Positions 57,495-64,000 of a DNA stretch of 64,000 nt are shown here, piece by piece. How positions within the stretch are numbered: the stretch's first letter is position 1; every line of letters starts with the position of its first letter. Location of the stretch: assembly GCF_009914755.1 (NCBI RefSeq), contig NC_060930.1. The stretch is one strand, 5' to 3'. Both the position numbers and the translations under genes were made by a program. The notes under the pieces were generated by a model that made no database searches, was not told where the DNA came from, and saw only the letters and a list, made by a program, of their open reading frames with translations. Source of the stretch: the human T2T-CHM13v2.0 reference genome, Homo sapiens.

Positions 57495-57747
57495 TTATTT
57501 TACTTTATGTTCCGGGATACATGTGCAGGACATGCAGGTTTGTTCCATAGGTATACATGTGCCATGGTGGTTAGCTGGACCTATCAACCCATCATCTAGT
57601 TTTTAAGCTCCGCATGCATTAGGTATTTGTCCTAATGCTCTGCCTCCCCTTACCCTCCACCCCCAACAGGCGGTGATGTTCCCCTCCCTGTGTCCATGTG
57701 TTCTCATTGTTCGACTCCCACTTATGAGTGAGAACATGAGGTGTTTG
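57495..57747 (-). mobile_element. L1PA (L1PA8-like) 3' end, 5'-truncated
   Basis: GGGATACATGTGCAGGACATGCAGGTTTGT...CCCACTTATGAGTGAGAACATG. Confidence 0.88.
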
Positions 57748-58989
57748 CTGGAAGCCATCATCCCCGGTGTGCTTTTAAGCAGAGCTAATGTCTCTCTTCT
57801 TTCTCCTCGCTATCTAATTTCCTTCTTTCTTTTCTACTCTGTTGTCTGCAGAGCCAGCAGAATGACTTCTGCAGAAGAAAATAGTTGTTGATGATGCTAG
57901 AGCCCACGGGGAATCCATGGCTTCCACAGGGTTTCTTTCCCATCCGTGCTCCTGATGACGGCAGGCCCTACACTGAGTGTTGCTTTCATCAGTGATGTGC
58001 TGCTAGTGGGGTTAGAAACTGCTCATTAGAGGTTCTCACAGGGATAGCTTTTTAGTCACTTTACTTTGGAGCCTGGAAGATTAAGATCTGACAGACTGGA
58101 AGAGTCACATATTGACTCAGAGGGAGGTAGGAGGAGAAAAGTAGAACAGGATTTCCTTGGCTGGCTCATAGTCCTTTTGCAAAAAGATATAGCTGAAGCA
58201 CCCACTGGCATAGTTGCCAGTGCATGCTATTACCTTTGGTAGCCGTATGCAGTAAAGAGCTGCCATGTATGACAAGGCAAATCTTGAAGGGGAGGTAAGA
58301 AAAGTAAGAATTGATTACACCTGAAAGGATTGGCTTCAGAAAATGAGCCAGACTCCCTATGAATACCAGAAAAATGACAGACACCTGCTTCTTCTCACCC
58401 CTGGGGGCTAATTCAGTCCTGAGGTAGAGAATTGGATTCTAGGAAAGCTCAGAATTGATGTCAGGGATCTGTTGGCCTTGGCTGGTTCTAAATGTGTCCT
58501 GAGTAAAAGATCTGTGGGAGGTAGAGCAGAAAGAACAAAGCACCTGGTTGCTCACCACAGATGTCGTTTAGAGGGATAACTTGGTGCTTCTGGGAGTCCC
58601 AGATTGCATATTTTCTTTTCTTTTTTAAAGGATACTCTGAATTAAAGAAAACTCAGATTTTTGGTGACTTAAGGAACTAGATTTGATTAAATTAGTTTTA
58701 ATTGTCATGAGGAAGGCTATGTACAGTTTATGTCCTATTTTTTCTTAGTTTTTGACAACCAAATATATACCAGCTTAGATGGAGGACATGGTGGATGCAT
58801 GGCTGGTGTCTTCCCTGAATCAACTTACTTTTTTTCAGTATTTTTTATTTTCAATTCTCCCTCTCTATTAGCTGTTTCTTGTCAACATTTAAATATGTTT
58901 GTAACTCTGCAGCTTAATAAAAACCAAAAACATAAACAATATATGTCCAAAAGTAAAAGAGAGAGAGGAAGAAAGAAAACACCCCATGA

Positions 58990-59900
58990 GTTGGTCTAAA
59001 TGCCGATCTTTCCTCTTTAGCTGCCTGTAGCCTTCTCCTTCTCCTCTTCACAGCCAAGCTTCTTAAAAGACATGTCTAGTTGTTCCCTCTACAGCTTTAC
59101 AAGACACTCACCCTGAAATTTGTTTTCTGCGCCTACGGTTCCATCAAAAGTGTTCAACAAAACTGCCAATGACCCTGTTGTTAAATGCAAAGGGCAGTGT
59201 TTAATCTGTTTCCTCCTTATCCTTAGCAGCAGCCAACACTCAGTTTTTCCTGCTAAACTTTGGCTTCCACACGCCTCGCTCTCCTGGCTGGCTTCACTCA
59301 TCTCTAACCACACCTTCAGTTTCCTTTGCAGGATTCTCACCCTGGATCTTTTGCTGAACATCAGCATTAAGCTCTGAGAGTTCTCTTCTTCCTCTCTGCT
59401 TCATCATATTCACATCCATGGTTTCAATTATCAGTATTATGCTGATGATTTTTAAATCTTCATATTGCCAGCCAAGATCTCTTTTCTAAGATCCCAGCTC
59501 ATATGTTAAAAGCGTCACTGGGTAACTGAAAAGCATATCTCACCTGTACTATGGTACAGGTAAAGGTAAATGTAAACATGTCAGAGAGTGAACACAATCT
59601 TCTTCTACAAAATAATTCCCCCTCCCAATGACTGAACTGAACTTCAAATCAGTTATACAAATCAAAATTCTGGGTCTCAGTGTTTACTTCACTGTCTCCT
59701 CAACTCTCCACTCATCAACACTTTTTACCATTGTATGTCTCTGAACTGAGTGTATTTTTTTTTGTCTCCATTGCAGCTTTATTTCTTTGGACAAAGCCAA
59801 CATTATTCTCCATCAGCATTTCAGTGATGATCTCCTCTTTCACTTTTCCATAAGCAGGCTTGCCCACATTTTACCCTCTGCATCCATTACTTCTCTAAAA
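58990..59900 (+). mobile_element. L2 remnant
   Basis: CCAATGACC...TAAATGCAAAGG, CCATGGTTTCAATTATCAG...TATGCTGATGA (RT YADD-like). Confidence 0.7.
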
Positions 59901-61828
59901 TGGTCACCTGCCTGTGTCCCTGCATGGTTCCTCTGCTCTCTCCTGCCATTCTAGCCCAATCTCTGGCCACTTCCCTATGATTTCAACTTTCGACTCATAA
60001 TGGATACTCTTTAAAAATTGGGCCTTTACATTCTGCCTTAAAGATATTTTTCCTCGACTTTGCCAATATTATTTCTACTTAATGTGGTTTGGCTCTGTGT
60101 CCCCACCTAAATCTCAGGTTGCTTTGTGAACTTCGGTGCTGGAGGGACCTGGTGGGAGGTGATTGGATCATTGGAGCAGATTTCTCCTTTGCTATTCTCA
60201 TGACAGTGAGTTCCCATGAGATCTGGTTGTTTAAAAGTGTGTAGCACTTCACCCCCTTCACTCTTTCTATTTCTCTTGCCAACATGTGAAGATGTGCCTG
60301 CTTTCCCTTCATCTTCTACCATGATTGTAAGTTTCCTTAGGCCTCCCCAGCCATGACTCCTGTACAGCCTATGAAACTATGAGTCAATTACACCTCTTTA
60401 TAAATTACTCAGTCTCAGGTAGTTCTTTATAGCAGTGTGAGAATGGAAAATACAGAACATTGGTATCAGAGTAGTGGGACATTGCTATAAAGATACCTGA
60501 AAATGTGGAAGTGACTTTGGAACTGGGTAATGGGCAGAGGTTGGAACAGTTTAGAGGACTCAGAAGAAGACAGGAAGATGAGAGAAAGTTTGGAATTTTC
60601 TAGAGACTTTTTGAATGGTTGTGGCCAAAATGCTGATAGTAATATGGACAGTGAAGTGGCTGAAGAGGTCTCAGATGGAGATGAGAAACTTATTGAGAAC
60701 TTGAGTAAAGGTCACTCTTGCTGTGCTTTAGCAAAGAGACTGTGTGTCTGTGCTCTGGAGATGTGTGGAATTTTGAAGTTGAGAGAGATGATTTAGGATA
60801 TCTGTTGGAAGAAATTTCTAAGCAGCAAAGCATTCAGGAATTGGCCTGGCTGCTTCTAACAGTGTACGCTCATAAGAATTCACAAAGAGATGGTCTAAAA
60901 TTGAAACTTATATTTAAAGAGGAAGCAGGTCATAAACATTTAGAAAATTTGCAGCCTAACCATGTGGTAGAAAAGAAAAACCCATTTTCTGGGGAGAAGT
61001 TCAAGGCTGCAGAAATTTGCATAAGTAAAGAGGAGCTGAATGTTAGTAGCCAAGACAATGAGAAAATGCCTCCAGGGCATTTCAGAGACCTTCACAGCAG
61101 CGCCTCCCATCACAGGCCTGGAGGCCTAGGAGGGAAAAATGATTTTGTGGGCCAGGCCCTGGGCCCAGATGTTCTGTGTATCCTTGGGATATGGTGCCCT
61201 TGCCCTGCATCCCAGCTGCTTTAGCTCTAGCCATGGTTGAAAGAGGCTAAGCTATAGCTTGGGCCACTGCTTCAGAGTGTGTAAGCACCAGGCCTTTGTG
61301 GCTTCCATGTGGTGTTGGGCCTGTGAGTGTGTAGCATGCAAGAGTTGAGGTTTAGGAACATTTGCCTAGTTTTCAGAGATGTATGTAAATGCCTGGGTGT
61401 CCAGGCAGAAGTCTGTTGCAGGGGCGGGGCCCTTATAGAGAACCTCTACTAGGGCAATGCAGAAGGAAAATGTGGGGTTGGAACCCCCAAACAGAGTCAC
61501 CACTGGAGCACTGCCTAGTGGGGCTGTGAGAAGAGGGCCACTGTATTCCAGACCCCAGAATGGTAGATCCACCAACAACTTGCACCGTGTACCTGGAAAA
61601 GCTGCAGGCACTCAATGCCAGCCTGTGAAAGTAGCTGCCGGAATTGTACCCTGAAGTACCGCAGGGACAGAGCTGCTCAAGGCCTTGGCAGCCCACCCAT
61701 TGTGTCAGTGTGACCTGAATGTGAGACATGTAGTCAAAGGAGATTATTTTAGATCTTTAAGATTTAATGACTGACCTGCTGTGTTTTACAGACTCGCACA
61801 GGGCCTGTAGCCCCTTTCTGTTAGCTGA

Positions 61829-62193
<365 letters not shown>

Positions 62194-62517
62194 CAACTAA
62201 CTTGTTTTTTACTTTACAGACTCATAGGCAGAAGGGACTTGTGTCTCAGATGTAACTTTGGACTTGGACTTTTGTGTTAGTGCTGGAATGAGTAAAGGCT
62301 CTAGGAGACTGTTGGGAAGGCATGATTGTGTTTTGAAATGTGGGAAGAACATGACATTTTAGAGGAGCTAGGGGAGAAATGATATGGTTTGGCTCTGTGT
62401 CCCTACCCATATCTCATGTTGAATTGTGTTCCTGAATGTTGGAAGGACCTGGTGGGAAGTGATTGGATCACTGCGATGGACTTCTCCCTTACTGTTCTCA
62501 TGGTAGTGAGTTCTCAC

Positions 62518-62558
62518 AAGGTCTGGATTTTGAAAGTGTGTAGCACTTCCCCATTCAT

Positions 62559-62600
<42 letters not shown>

Positions 62601-62768
62601 CACCATAAGAGGACATGCTTGCTTCCCCTTCTCCTTCCACCATGATTATAAATTTCAAAGATCTGGATTTTGAAAGTATGTGGGACTTACTCCTTCATGT
62701 TCTCTCTCTCACCACCATAAGAAGACATGCTTGCTTCCCCTTGTGCTTCGACCATGATTGTAAGTTTC
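62518..62768 (+). repeat. Tandem duplication inside the 3' THE1D LTR (62518-62656 and 62658-62768) with a (CT)n expansion at 62560-62596
   Basis: Both copies run TCTGGATTTTGAAAGT...CACCATAAGA.GACATGCTTGCTTCCCCTT...ACCATGATT; absent from the 5' LTR. Confidence 0.9.
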
Positions 62769-63309
62769 CTGAAGCCTCCTCAGCCATGCCTCCTATACAG
62801 CTTGTGAAACTGTGAGTCAATTAAACCTCTTTTCTTTATAAATTACCCAGACTCAGGTAGTTTTTTATAGCAGTGTGAAAATAGACTAATACAGTAATTA
62901 TTCTTCAAAATTTGTTTAAATGACTTTTTTTTATAAGCGAAGCTTAACAGCTCTTTATCCTCACCCTAATATAATGTTCCCTGCTATGTATTGCTATGAT
63001 TACTTTAAATTTCCTAATGTTTTATCATCAATTTTTGCTTAATTGCCTATTAAACTATAATGCTTATAAAAGAATGCAATCTTAGTAGTTATTAACAGAC
63101 AGAGCTATGATTATAGCTGAATATGGCATTCACTCAAAGGAAAAACCATGTAAAATTATCATTTGTATTTACATTTATTGATATGGAAAATATTTTTAAT
63201 AATTTTCTATAATATTCTGTTAAGTGAAAAAAATAAGGTTCAATATAGCATGTGCACTATGTTCCAATGATTAATAAATAAATTTGCTTTAAAACCAGGA
63301 AGGAAAGCA

Positions 63310-64000
63310 ACACTTCCAGAATAGTGGGGTGAGGACCTTGGCAAATAATACTCCCCAGCAAAGGCAACAAACACATTGGCAATGCTACTCTAAAGGAGCA
63401 TTTTTACAACTCTGTAAATTAACTAAAGACTTAAAACAGTGTAAGGAGTGTTTATTCAAGAAAATCTGCTGAACCTTGGTAAGAACAGCACAGTCTGTGA
63501 CAATTCATCTCCATCGACTCCCAGCCCTGTTTCCCCCAACTGTGCTCATTAGTGTTGAAGCCCAGCAATCTCACAGCAACCAAAGAGGACAAGTTGAGTT
63601 TGAAGTTCCCCAGAAAATCTCATACGAAGTGCAATGTTACTATTTGACCTGTCTCACAGTTCCCTGGAAAAATTCTGTTGTTTTACACAACTTGACTCAG
63701 TGCTGTTTTTTCAGGGAAACCTTTATCCTCAAAGCTTTGGGGGAAACAATCAGTAGTGATCATTCATCATCCTGCTTCCCGGGGCTGCAATGCCAGTCAG
63801 GGCAAACAAGAGCTAAAAAACCTGGCCAAAACTTTAAAAAGGGAGACCTGTGGAATGACAAATTTAACCAAAAAAAAGTCATTCTTGTGCACTAACAACT
63901 ACAAAACATGGTTAAAAGAAATAAAAAGACTTAAATAAAATGAATAAAAAGACATCATCTGTTCATGGATCAGAAGAGTTAGTATTATTAAATAGCAGTT
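63310..64000 (+). mobile_element. Old L1M 5'UTR joined to distal ORF2 (runs off the window)
   Basis: 5'UTR-like GTGTTTATTCAAGAAAA...CTTGGTAAGAACAGC, then ORF2 NYKTWLKEIK...TGTTCATGGATCAGAAGA. Confidence 0.65.

Noticed and set aside
60718-61224. 168-aa ORF
   Set aside because: Remnant of the THE1 internal ORF, disrupted on both sides; not a host gene.

Overview
Human, non-coding, repeat-dense genomic DNA; the species call rests on two human-specific Alu subfamilies (AluYg6 at 2313, AluYb8 at 5176). I found no protein-coding exon, RNA gene, CpG island or CRISPR array, and the listed ORFs are repeat-derived or chance. Most of the window is degraded old L1 (sense at 1.5-6.7 kb and 63.3-64 kb, antisense at about 12-46 kb), plus L2 and MIR fragments. 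It also holds about 13 Alu-family elements, solo LTRs (MLT1, LTR16, LTR33, MER34, MER73), one two-LTR THE1D element, and DNA-transposon fossils (MER75 piggyBac, MER94, Charlie1, MER58). The main structure not explained by repeat annotation is a set of six short (about 50-440 bp), non-tandem local duplications, two inverted and four direct, with copies 0.55-3.2 kb apart and about 80-94% identical. They look like fossil locally templated repair insertions, some with complex junctions. Subfamily names come from recalled consensus sequences and identities from by-eye alignment, so both need confirmation.
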